Shown piece by piece: positions 19,459 through 27,291 of a stretch of 37,791 bases of DNA. The notes below the pieces were generated by a model that did no database searches, was not told the origin of the DNA, and worked only from the letters and a program-made list of their open reading frames with translations. The DNA comes from a virus (taxonomy: Duplodnaviria > Caudoviricetes). How positions within the stretch are numbered: the stretch's first letter is position 1; each line of letters starts with the position of its first letter. The stretch is from IMG/VR virus record IMGVR_UViG_3300030059_002116, positions 1 to 37,791 of that record; one strand, given 5' to 3'. The translations under genes and the position numbers were made by a program.

Positions 19459-19521
19459 AGAATACTTTTTAATTGCTTAGAGGTTAGTTTTTAGTACAAT
19501 TAGTTTGTAAGTTAGCTTGCA

Positions 19522-19680
19522 CCAAAAGAAAAGGTTAGTAGCTGGGATATTAGTGACGCTACTGTAATAGAACCACTTCAACTCCGACGGGAGTTGCCTG
19601 TATGTATCCTTTCTTTTGGAACTATTTATTGGGAGCCAGATCCCAGCCGATGTAAAGGATAGATTGTTCTGGCTCTTAAT
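19522..19680 (+). ncRNA. Candidate structured RNA 1 (multi-stem with loop-loop pseudoknot)
   Basis: Four stems plus GCTGGGAT (19541-48)/ATCCCAGC (19640-47) complementarity; G-U pairs favour the + strand; upstream promoter TTGCTT-16-TACAAT (19473-19500). Confidence 0.5.
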
Positions 19681-19702
19681 TTTATTAACGAGGGGGAGTT
19701 AA

Positions 19703-19900
19703 ATGACCTACCAGATTTATTTGCGAATACGGGATTTGTTTCTTGAGTTTCAAAAATTCAAAAACACCAAGAAACTCCGTGAGTTAAAAAAAGATATTTT
19801 AGACAACGGCTACAAGATAATTGAGTTTCTTCCCAAGGCAGGAGAAGATGCTGTTGTTCAACATGTCAACAATAACAAGATATACATAGTGAGGTGGTGA
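19703..19900 (+). CDS. Hypothetical protein
   Basis: 65-aa ORF with GAGGGGGAG RBS, between the two structured elements. Confidence 0.5.
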   Translation: MTYQIYLRIRDLFLEFQKFKNTKKLRELKKDILDNGYKIIEFLPKAGEDAVVQHVNNNKIYIVRW

Positions 19901-19930
19901 AATGGATTATTTAATTGCTTTCGCGATTGA

Positions 19931-20139
19931 TATGTTGGCTCAGATAATAGTCAACATACCTTTGACATAGGGGGAACTCAGCTCCTTTGTCTAGTACAAG
20001 TGCGTCGGTGAGTGGCGTGGCTTCAAAGCTGTAGATGTCTGTTATGTAGATACCCTTATCAATTTAATTGATTTGCATGACAGGGCAAGATTTAGAGTTC
20101 CTTAAACATTAGTAAATTTAATCTACGGAACACTCACGA
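19931..20139 (+). ncRNA. Candidate structured RNA 2 (nested stems with kissing loops)
   Basis: Stems 20008-14/20131-37, 20029-36/20121-28 and 20039-51/20071-83 (G-U rich); loop GAACTC (19974-79) complements loop GAGTTC (20095-100). Confidence 0.5.
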
Positions 20140-20214
20140 TAATTATTTTATTGTTACGACCCCCAAAATTGCTATAATTTAAGTATAAACAAACTTCACA
20201 GAAAGGAAGTATTC

Positions 20215-20436
20215 ATGAGCTTAGAAATTATGGATTGTTGTATTTGCAAAAAGCAAATAGAGCCACAGCGTACTGAATCAGGTGAAATATACTGGACGCA
20301 AGGAAACGATGCTCTTCCCATACATGATGGCAGATGTTGCAATAAATGTAATGAAAATATTGTTGTACCTGCTCGCCTTGTTGATATATCAATGAGCACT
20401 GGAAAAATTTACAAAAAACCTAAGGAGGACAAATAA
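20215..20436 (+). CDS. Small Zn-finger protein
   Basis: 'CCIC...GNDALP..GRCCNKCN..VVPAR'; promoter TTGTTA-16-TATAAT (20151-20178). Confidence 0.7.
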   Translation: MSLEIMDCCICKKQIEPQRTESGEIYWTQGNDALPIHDGRCCNKCNENIVVPARLVDISMSTGKIYKKPKEDK

Positions 20437-20666
20437 TGGCAAAATTACAAAATAGTCATTTAGTAGATAATGACGACATCAACCTTCACACTGAGAATAT
20501 ACTTCGTAAAATAAAAGTATGGTTGCGAGACGAAGTTAATAGCGTAAGAGATAATCCTCTCTCTGAAGATGATGATAGTAGGGAGTCGGCAATTCTTCAA
20601 GGTAGGTATGAATGTGCTGAAGGGTTACAAGACCAAATTAAAAAATGGGAGAGAGAAGATGGGTAA
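20436..20666 (+). CDS. Hypothetical protein
   Basis: AAGGAGG RBS; TAATG coupling. Confidence 0.6.
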   Translation: MAKLQNSHLVDNDDINLHTENILRKIKVWLRDEVNSVRDNPLSEDDDSRESAILQGRYECAEGLQDQIKKWEREDG

Positions 20667-20859
20667 ATACAATTCAGACAGCATTGATGAATGTTGTGAA
20701 GAAATAACTGGTCATACTAACTGGGCGTATGCAGACAAATCTGATTACGAAAAGATAATGAGCCAAAGAAATGGGGATCATCCCAACAGTGATAGAATAC
20801 ATTCTATTGTTGTGTTTTATAATGATGAAATGGAGGACGAACCCTATGACGGAGTATAA
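20659..20859 (+). CDS. Hypothetical acidic protein
   Basis: Start re-assigned to ATG 20659 (MGKYNSD...), overlapping the previous stop. Confidence 0.55.
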   Translation: MGKYNSDSIDECCEEITGHTNWAYADKSDYEKIMSQRNGDHPNSDRIHSIVVFYNDEMEDEPYDGV

Positions 20860-21196
20860 TAATGCGTGGATGGTAGAGTTTTGGTCGGTAAAAGACAAGG
20901 TATGGGAAATAATGGTTTCCTATCCATCTACAAAACTTGTGAGTTTAAATAACCAAGTGCCTCAGCCTCTCGGCGATGTTCACGATCTAGACATAGGCGA
21001 AGTAAGAGCCTCCCATGCCAAAAGGATTTACGAAAGGCTAGGACTTGCACGCTACCGAGTTCGGTATGGACATGCCACATATTTAGATGGGCAGTTTGGA
21101 AAGCAGGACAAATATGTTTTTGAGTACGATCGTACCGAAGTAAAAGCCGAGATACCTTATAATAGGCAAGCTCCGCCTGGAGCAGCTCTCTCATGA
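20846..21196 (+). CDS. Hypothetical protein
   Basis: Start re-assigned to ATG 20846 after GGAGG. Confidence 0.55.
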   Translation: MTEYNNAWMVEFWSVKDKVWEIMVSYPSTKLVSLNNQVPQPLGDVHDLDIGEVRASHAKRIYERLGLARYRVRYGHATYLDGQFGKQDKYVFEYDRTEVKAEIPYNRQAPPGAALS

Positions 21197-21405
21197 GTGT
21201 GCTTGAAATGAAAGTGGTCGGAGGCAAACGGACCTATCGCAACCGATCCGTTCGTGAGAAATTAATTAACGATATAGCCAAGATGGATAGCTCTTCTATC
21301 CGTAAAAATATAGATCGTTACGCAGAAATACCTTTTCGTCGCCAGCGAGACGCTTTGATGTTTGAGCTGTACACTGAGGAATTGCAACGGAGGGAAGCCC
21401 AATGA
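21193..21405 (+). CDS. Hypothetical protein
   Basis: ATGA overlap with the previous gene. Confidence 0.55.
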   Translation: MSVLEMKVVGGKRTYRNRSVREKLINDIAKMDSSSIRKNIDRYAEIPFRRQRDALMFELYTEELQRREAQ

Positions 21406-21526
21406 TTATATTATCCGTAATATTTTTTCTACTTGTCGTTTGGTTGATTAAATAGATTACTTTTTACTACATTTAGTAAAATCGCACTATATAATAAAAG
21501 TAAGTAAACAACTAAAGGAGTGATAA

Positions 21527-21736
21527 ATGCAAAAAGAGTGGGTTATTATACGATGGACCACTGCCCAATTCATGAGTGGTAATAAAGTGGGTGATATAAC
21601 TATTTACCCTGATTACGATGATGGTTTTGTGTGGGGTTCTGCAGCGTATGAAGTACTTGATTATTTCACAGGTACTTATCATGAAGTCAAGCGTTACGCT
21701 TTGAAATATAAAAGGGAGGAAGTAAATGCAACTTAG
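21527..21736 (+). CDS. Hypothetical protein
   Basis: AAAGGAG RBS after an AT-rich promoter-like gap. Confidence 0.6.
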   Translation: MQKEWVIIRWTTAQFMSGNKVGDITIYPDYDDGFVWGSAAYEVLDYFTGTYHEVKRYALKYKREEVNAT

Positions 21737-21911
21737 AATAGAAAAATGTGTAATTGATTTATATTGGGAGTACGACCGTATGTCAAGCAGTGGTCAAGCT
21801 ACTTTAGATCGGTTAGCTAAAATGGTCGGTGTGCCAACAGAAGCCAATATGGATAAAAAGTTTGACCACCTGTCTAAAGATCAACTGCTCAAAGAACTGG
21901 AGGAGTTGTAA
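21726..21911 (+). CDS. Hypothetical protein
   Basis: GGAGG RBS; 'DLYWEYDRMSSSGQATLD'. Confidence 0.6.
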   Translation: MQLRIEKCVIDLYWEYDRMSSSGQATLDRLAKMVGVPTEANMDKKFDHLSKDQLLKELEEL

Positions 21912-22168
21912 TGAATTACCCTGTAGAAGCAGAAGATATCATTGATTCAGTACCTCAAGTTAAAGATGCAGTCTTTGCCGTATATAACCATGGATTCATG
22001 GAAGGTATAAAAGAGGGTAAACGATTAGCATTAAAAGATACTAAAGGTCCAGAGTTTACAGTCATACGCAGTCTTGAAGATCAGATAAAAACATTGTTAG
22101 ATCGTAACTCAGTTCTTGCTAACATGTATAACAAGAGCATATCTAGCAAAAAACTGGAGGTGTCGTAA
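21911..22168 (+). CDS. Hypothetical protein
   Basis: TAATG coupling, GGAGGAG RBS. Confidence 0.6.
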   Translation: MNYPVEAEDIIDSVPQVKDAVFAVYNHGFMEGIKEGKRLALKDTKGPEFTVIRSLEDQIKTLLDRNSVLANMYNKSISSKKLEVS

Positions 22169-22515
22169 TGGCTAAATCACTATATTGTCCCCAATGCAAC
22201 GAGGAGTATTGGGGGACTAAACAAAGTCTTGCATACCACCCTGTCTGTGGAGGGTGTGGTTATGATAAACTAGGCAAGCCCGATCCAACTGTTTTTGATT
22301 TAGTAACGGACCCAAGTATGCGATACTTATGGAAGGTTACTTATCCGGATAGTGAAGTGGAGTACATGGTTACAAAAGATAGGGTTACTATGATGAGCGA
22401 AAAGAATAGGCTAAACAAAGTTCATAAGCCTTTCGTAGTAAAAGTTGAAATACTTGATTTTGCAAAAGTCTTAGATATAGACCGTGAATATTTAACAGCA
22501 GTAGTGGGGGATTGA
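22168..22515 (+). CDS. Hypothetical Zn-ribbon protein
   Basis: 'CPQC...CGGC'; GGAGG RBS; TAATG coupling. Confidence 0.6.
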   Translation: MAKSLYCPQCNEEYWGTKQSLAYHPVCGGCGYDKLGKPDPTVFDLVTDPSMRYLWKVTYPDSEVEYMVTKDRVTMMSEKNRLNKVHKPFVVKVEILDFAKVLDIDREYLTAVVGD

Positions 22516-22706
22516 CAATGATTAACTACCGTATCCATTCTGAAGATGGTGTGTGGGTTCTAACGCATCGCCGAAAACTAAATCCATTAGGCTTTTTCTC
22601 ATCACGTGAGCAAGCCCAACAACGACTAGACTATGAGATCTTAAAAGATGAACACGAAAGATCTCTAGCAAAAGAGGACTATAATAGTCGTCTCCTGCAG
22701 AGCTAA
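22512..22706 (+). CDS. Hypothetical protein
   Basis: Overlaps the previous stop; 64 aa. Confidence 0.5.
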   Translation: MTMINYRIHSEDGVWVLTHRRKLNPLGFFSSREQAQQRLDYEILKDEHERSLAKEDYNSRLLQS

Positions 22707-22799
22707 AACCTTATCACACGAGGTTAAAAAACTAGCCTAAGACGTTGTATTTGCTACTATTAATTATAAAGTAAATACAACATCTTAAAGGAGTTCTAA

Positions 22800-22988
22800 A
22801 TGTCCAATCAATGCGTAATCTGTGAAGAAAAAACAGAAACCAACCATCTCATACTAGGCAGTCAATGGCTAGAATTCTGTCTACCTTGTGGTCATAAGGA
22901 ACAGTTGACCAACCAACAAACTGGAGAAACAAAAACTCTCGTAGAAGTTTTTAATGAAAATCGTAAACCAACAGAAAGGATCGGCTAA
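22800..22988 (+). CDS. Small Zn-finger protein
   Basis: 'CVIC...CLPC'; AAAGGAG RBS; promoter TTGTAT-16-TAAAGT. Confidence 0.6.
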   Translation: MSNQCVICEEKTETNHLILGSQWLEFCLPCGHKEQLTNQQTGETKTLVEVFNENRKPTERIG

Positions 22989-23362
22989 TGAACCATGAAT
23001 TCAATAATTTAGGTATCACCTATCATGAGTACTTCAGTAATGTTTTACACGTCTGGGCATACAAAAACGGTAGACGCTCAGGGCTAGGTCCCTTCTTAGA
23101 CAGGCGTGCAGTTTGGCACACCGACTTTCCAGTTTGTCATTATCAATGTTCTGAGGACGGTCGTGCTTTTACAACGGTAGCCGATTTAAGAACAGAAAGC
23201 CTCATTTGTACTTACTCATACTGTGACGGTCACCGTAATGTGTGCAAATCAATCATGCTTCACCATGAAGAAATACCTTTAATAGAAAAAGACTTGGAAA
23301 ATATCTTTTGGCACCTCGTCAAAGATGACAACTTTGGCTTTGAAAAGGAGGAAAGCAAATGA
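22988..23362 (+). CDS. Hypothetical protein
   Basis: AGAAAGGA RBS; TAATG coupling. Confidence 0.55.
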   Translation: MNHEFNNLGITYHEYFSNVLHVWAYKNGRRSGLGPFLDRRAVWHTDFPVCHYQCSEDGRAFTTVADLRTESLICTYSYCDGHRNVCKSIMLHHEEIPLIEKDLENIFWHLVKDDNFGFEKEESK

Positions 23363-23488
23363 AAATAGCACTCTATATTCTCGTAGAGTTGTGGGCTATC
23401 ATATATCTTATGTGTGTAGCCTTCACTCTCGCTTATTTCGCAGCTCACCTTGCTGGAGTATCCACCAACCTCTAACCATGAACTCTGC

Positions 23489-23570
23489 TATATAGTAACG
23501 ATTTCAAAATGTTGTCGTTATTATATTTCAGATATCCCAATATACAATATCTTAGTATCTATTATTTCCG
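23489..23570 (+). repeat. Copy 2 of the ~85-bp dispersed non-coding element, just upstream of terS
   Basis: Collinear match to the reverse complement of 3030-3114, including the exact 16-mer AATATACAATATCTTA. Confidence 0.8.
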
Positions 23571-23652
23571 TATCGCGAAGAGTTAAACTTGCGGAAAACT
23601 TTAGGAGTCGATTTCATTTGCCATCCCTATTAGTCAGAGTTATTGTATCGTT

Positions 23653-24210
23653 ATGGCAAAAGCGAAAGTAACACATAAGAAACTTCTTGACATAGTGGCT
23701 AATCCAAAGGTAGATTTTGGAATCACAGTTATGCAAGAAAAGTTTGCAAAGATATACGCAACCGAAGAGGTAACACAGACTGAAGCTGCTTTGAGGGCTG
23801 GGTACGCAGAGTCTAATGCCCATGCTATCGCAAGCCGAATGTTAAACGGACGAGACTATCCTGCAGTTTTGGAAAGAGTCCATCTGATAAAAACAGAGCT
23901 ACAAACTAAATACGAGGTGACTTTTGAAAGCCACGTCAGGAAGTTAGCTCAGATTCGCGATGAGTCATTGCAGAATGGAAATTACGCCTCAGCCGTCGCT
24001 GCTGAAAAAGCAAGAGGACAAGCAGGTGGTCTATACATTGATAGAAAAGAGATATTAATGGGTAAGATTGACCAGATGGATAAGAAGGAAGTAATGGCAG
24101 AGATACTAAGAATACAACAAGACTTCCCAGCCTTGATAAATGCGACTAAAGGTGCGATAGATGTTGAGTCTGTTGAAATACACCCGAGCAGTAAAGATGC
24201 AAAAGACTAA
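23653..24210 (+). CDS. terS: Terminase small subunit
   Basis: 'QEKFAKIY....TQTEAALRAGYAESNAHAIASRML' HTH typical of TerS; 'AVAAEKARGQAGGLYIDR'. Confidence 0.8.
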   Translation: MAKAKVTHKKLLDIVANPKVDFGITVMQEKFAKIYATEEVTQTEAALRAGYAESNAHAIASRMLNGRDYPAVLERVHLIKTELQTKYEVTFESHVRKLAQIRDESLQNGNYASAVAAEKARGQAGGLYIDRKEILMGKIDQMDKKEVMAEILRIQQDFPALINATKGAIDVESVEIHPSSKDAKD

Positions 24211-24283
24211 AAACAGCTACCTCCATTGTTGTAAACCCTTATAATAAAACTAAGTTAAATTTTAATTATTAAGGAGTTACTAA

Positions 24284-24538
24284 ATGAATTACTACCAAAA
24301 CTTGCAAGAGCAAGAGCATAATGATTTTAATTACACCAGCGAAGCAGATTGGGACAAAGAAGACGCAAGGATAATAGGCGAGCAAAATACAAATTATCCT
24401 TGGATTTGTTCAGGTCGTGATGTTTGGTATCCCAATCCTTATTGGGGCAAGTACGACCAGTCGGGCAACCCTTTACGAAAAGAGTACCCCTTTGCGAATG
24501 TTCCTCACCCAGAAAGTTATGATGGGGAGGAATCATAA
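24284..24538 (+). CDS. Hypothetical protein
   Basis: AAGGAG RBS; 'WICSGRDVWYPNPYW...PHPE'. Confidence 0.65.
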   Translation: MNYYQNLQEQEHNDFNYTSEADWDKEDARIIGEQNTNYPWICSGRDVWYPNPYWGKYDQSGNPLRKEYPFANVPHPESYDGEES

Positions 24539-24996
24539 TGGCAACAAGAGCATGTTATAAGTTTGAGACTTTTCCAGGAGGTGATATTACCCCATCGTCT
24601 CACAATACAGTTATTGTCTACAGGCATTGGGACGGCTACCCCTCAGGAGCCCAAGATCACTTGCACTGTATTCTTAATCACAAGCACCCCCTCGCTACTG
24701 AACAAGCCTTACATTTTATGGAGTGTAACAACAGAGGATCAGGAAAGGCAACTACTGAAGAGACCGATCATGTGCATGATGATTGCGATTACTTTTATCA
24801 TTTAGCGTGGTTTCCATCTAACCGTGAAAGGATCCCCAAGCCACAGATAACAGTTTGGAAAAGCACACGATACGATAAGCACATAGAAGGTGACTGGGCA
24901 GTTTTGTTCAAAGGCTCGTTTGACCACTTTATGATTACTGATTTTAAGTATTATCATGACTTCATGTGTCCTGTAAATGCAGAGGAATATGTATGA
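24538..24996 (+). CDS. Hypothetical protein ('MATRA...YRHWDGYP' family)
   Basis: Common small phage protein motif 'Y.HWDGYP'; GGAGG RBS; TAATG coupling. Confidence 0.65.
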   Translation: MATRACYKFETFPGGDITPSSHNTVIVYRHWDGYPSGAQDHLHCILNHKHPLATEQALHFMECNNRGSGKATTEETDHVHDDCDYFYHLAWFPSNRERIPKPQITVWKSTRYDKHIEGDWAVLFKGSFDHFMITDFKYYHDFMCPVNAEEYV

Positions 24997-25409
24997 AACC
25001 TGAAACCCAGTTTTGGAATCTAATAAAAAAGCATACTCAGTCGTATGTTCATTGGTCACGTCTGGAGTCCTTAGCGTCTCCAGGAGTGCCTGATCTTAAT
25101 GGTTGTTATGAATCAAAAGAGATCTGGATTGAACTCAAGGTTTTAACAACAAGAACTGACAAGTCTTTCCCTAAATGGCGTCCCCTCCAAATAGCATGGC
25201 AGACCTCAAGAACGAGGGTTGGTGGATGCGTTTGGAACTTGGTTCATCATCCTTCGTCCGCTTCTATATTAATTATGGATGGAAAGCACCTTGCACCGAG
25301 ATTGATGGACCGTGATCCGATCTGGGATGGACGTCGGTTATTGAGCGAGATGGATGGAGATGGATGGAAAGCTCTTCTTGATCAAATGTGCTCGGGGCGA
25401 GTCTATTAG
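24993..25409 (+). CDS. PD-(D/E)xK nuclease, Holliday-junction-resolvase/VRR-NUC-like
   Basis: 'MKPETQFW...RLES...PGVPDL...WIELK...RPLQIAW'. Confidence 0.8.
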   Translation: MKPETQFWNLIKKHTQSYVHWSRLESLASPGVPDLNGCYESKEIWIELKVLTTRTDKSFPKWRPLQIAWQTSRTRVGGCVWNLVHHPSSASILIMDGKHLAPRLMDRDPIWDGRRLLSEMDGDGWKALLDQMCSGRVY

Positions 25410-25494
25410 ACTCTGGAAAAAGTCCAAATTGTTCAATGTTAATCGGCAAGTCTAACTTGTTCAAAAACCATCGGCGAGTCTATTTGACTCTGGA
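25349..25494 (+). repeat. Repeat cluster: (GATGGATGGA)x2, then A-B-B-A degenerate repeats
   Basis: GGCGAGTCTATT[A/T]GACTCTGGA at 25396 and 25473 (21/22 identical); AAGTC[C/T]AA[A/C]TTGTTCAA at 25420 and 25448. Confidence 0.75.
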
Positions 25495-25530
25495 CGAAAT
25501 AAATAAATCATCATTAAGAGTAAATAGGGG

Positions 25531-25559
25531 TTTACATCAGCGAAAATAGCTGCTATTCT
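25531..25559 (+). promoter_or_regulatory. Strong sigma70-type promoter (cassette 1)
   Basis: TAGGGG-TTTACA-17 bp-(TGc)TATTCT, extended -10. Confidence 0.65.
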
Positions 25560-25616
25560 ATATAAGTAATAAGGCACTTAAGTCTTTTACACACTCCGCA
25601 GAAAGGGAGATATCAA

Positions 25617-26090
25617 ATGGCTAAAACAGCTAAAAAAGAGCAAGCAACTCAGGCTCCAACAGTTGCATCCTACTCAGGCATTACAGCGTTATCAGCTGAA
25701 CGTATCAAGGGTCGTGAAGGTGTCAAGGCGTCGGACATTATCGCATTTATCCAAGAGTTCGCAGGTGGCAATCCAAACAATGTCGGTATTCGTTTGGTTG
25801 GTGGTGTTGATATCAAGGCTGAGCTTCCATTTCCTTGGGAAGCCAAGAAGTCAATGTATCACGAAAATGGTGTTAAGAAAACTGAAAAGCGTGCGAGGGT
25901 CATGTGGGCTTTAATCTATTGCCAATCAAATGATGAAACATATACTCTTCAGGCTTGTGATCTTGACCATAAGATAATCAAGGCTAAACAATATCACGGT
26001 CTACTTGACGCACTTAATGGCGGACAGTCACCTTCCAAAGCATCATGGGGTAAAAACTTCGTTGAGCTCTTCGTTATCCCTAAGGCTTAA
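25617..26090 (+). CDS. Hypothetical protein, probable remote paralogue of 26773-27285
   Basis: Own promoter, AGAAAGGGAG RBS and terminator; shares ordered motifs with the next cassette protein. Confidence 0.75.
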   Translation: MAKTAKKEQATQAPTVASYSGITALSAERIKGREGVKASDIIAFIQEFAGGNPNNVGIRLVGGVDIKAELPFPWEAKKSMYHENGVKKTEKRARVMWALIYCQSNDETYTLQACDLDHKIIKAKQYHGLLDALNGGQSPSKASWGKNFVELFVIPKA

Positions 26091-26102
26091 CACTCATCAC
26101 TC

Positions 26103-26132
26103 GGGGCGAGGGCTTATGTCTTCGTCCCTTTC
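26103..26132 (+). terminator. Rho-independent terminator (cassette 1)
   Basis: GGGGCGAGGGC-ttat-GTCTTCGTCCC (G-U pairs), then T-rich. Confidence 0.65.
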
Positions 26133-26144
26133 ATTTACCTGTTT

Positions 26145-26275
26145 ACTTAACATGTTAAGTTTCGTTCCCTGACGGGATTTTTTTCCCCTGACGGGGGATG
26201 GATGGAGATGGATGGAGATGGATGGAACATGAATCAATTAGACTCAGGAACATATATATACATATATACATATAC
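26145..26275. repeat. Palindrome and short-repeat region
   Basis: 16-bp palindrome ACTTAACATGTTAAGT, two CCCTGACGGG hairpins, (GATGGATGGA)x3 at 26197-26226, CATATATA repeats. Confidence 0.75.
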
Positions 26276-26408
26276 AATAACCATTATCAAATCACACATA
26301 TTGGTTGAATCAATAAGAGTCATTAAATATAAATTAATCTTAATGATAACTTCTTCGTTGTGTCTTTTTTGTAAACAGTTAAATTAAAGTTATTAACAAC
26401 AACAACTA

Positions 26409-26606
26409 ATGGAGTTTAAAATGCAAGTAATGGGAGTAATAATGTTTTTAATGGGTGGATTTGCTGTCGCAAGTGGTTACTTAATATTAAAGTATGCAAC
26501 GGTAGATATTATGGCTGCGACGGTTATATGTGGTTTTATCGCTAGCTTGGGAATGTTACTATTAATAGCAGGACTATATACTATATATATACATAGGCTT
26601 AAATAA
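26409..26606 (+). CDS. Small membrane protein (2 TM)
   Basis: Two hydrophobic helices; the start may be ATG 26421 after GGAG. Confidence 0.55.
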   Translation: MEFKMQVMGVIMFLMGGFAVASGYLILKYATVDIMAATVICGFIASLGMLLLIAGLYTIYIHRLK

Positions 26607-26681
26607 TGGCGTTGTTAGCAGTGTTATTATTTTTAATATTAATGTTATTTAAATTAATTTAACTTTATTTGTATTTAGGGG

Positions 26682-26710
26682 TTTACAAGTAAAACTAGTT
26701 GTGATATAAA
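26682..26710 (+). promoter_or_regulatory. Strong sigma70-type promoter (cassette 2)
   Basis: TAGGGG-TTTACA-17 bp-(TGa)TATAAA; same -35 context as 25531. Confidence 0.65.
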
Positions 26711-26772
26711 TAGGTGTGGCGTTGTGCCACTTAATATAAACTTAACAAGTTAACAAACCAAAGGGGTTTAAA

Positions 26773-27285
26773 ATGCAAACACAAACAACAAGTTACACAC
26801 CAACAGTAACTATAAAAAACAGTCACCAACAAGCTACCAACCTAGTAGCGTTTATCAAGGCTAATGGTGGTATAGGTAAATGGTCATTACTATTAAATGC
26901 TAACGCAATGGTTACTGTAAAAGGTAAAACAGTATTTTTCGGTGGTGGCAATATGCACCAAGCAATGTTCCCAACTAGTGGCAAGTTAGGTCATAGGGGT
27001 CAAATATTATGGTCATGTGTTAATGGTTTAACTTTGCCAAGTAGTCATGTTAAAAAGCAACCGTTGCCAATTAGTACAACAGTGCCAACAACGCTTGTAC
27101 CTATCCCGCTAAGTGCAATCCAACAAGCTCACGCTAACAGTGGCAGTAGCATACTAAGTATTGGCAACGCATTACATGCAAATCAAAACGCAGTCAACGC
27201 AATCCTAATAGGTAACTTTGCATATAGTAGTAGCAAGGGTAGCATGTTAGGCAATACGTACGGTACGCTCGTACCTAACGCTTAA
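26773..27285 (+). CDS. Hypothetical protein with no Asp/Glu, encoded by a GA-free transcript
   Basis: 170-aa ORF with its own promoter, AAGGGG RBS and terminator; no GA dinucleotide in the gene. Confidence 0.75.
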   Translation: MQTQTTSYTPTVTIKNSHQQATNLVAFIKANGGIGKWSLLLNANAMVTVKGKTVFFGGGNMHQAMFPTSGKLGHRGQILWSCVNGLTLPSSHVKKQPLPISTTVPTTLVPIPLSAIQQAHANSGSSILSIGNALHANQNAVNAILIGNFAYSSSKGSMLGNTYGTLVPNA

Positions 27286-27291
27286 CTAATT

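Noticed and set aside
19500-20140. tRNA/tmRNA or known small ribozyme
   Set aside because: No cloverleaf, T-loop GTTC(G/A)A or CCA end, and no CTGATGA/GAAA hammerhead core. Kept only as unclassified structured RNAs.
23450-23671. 73-aa ORF upstream of terS
   Set aside because: TTG start without an RBS, and it overlaps the conserved non-coding element at 23489-23570.
25349-26275. CRISPR array or mini-array
   Set aside because: The repeats are short, tandem or degenerate, with no regular unique spacers, and there are no cas genes.
26202-26387. 61-aa ORF MEMDGDGW...
   Set aside because: It is the translation of GATGGA and CATATA repeats; low complexity and no convincing coding signal.
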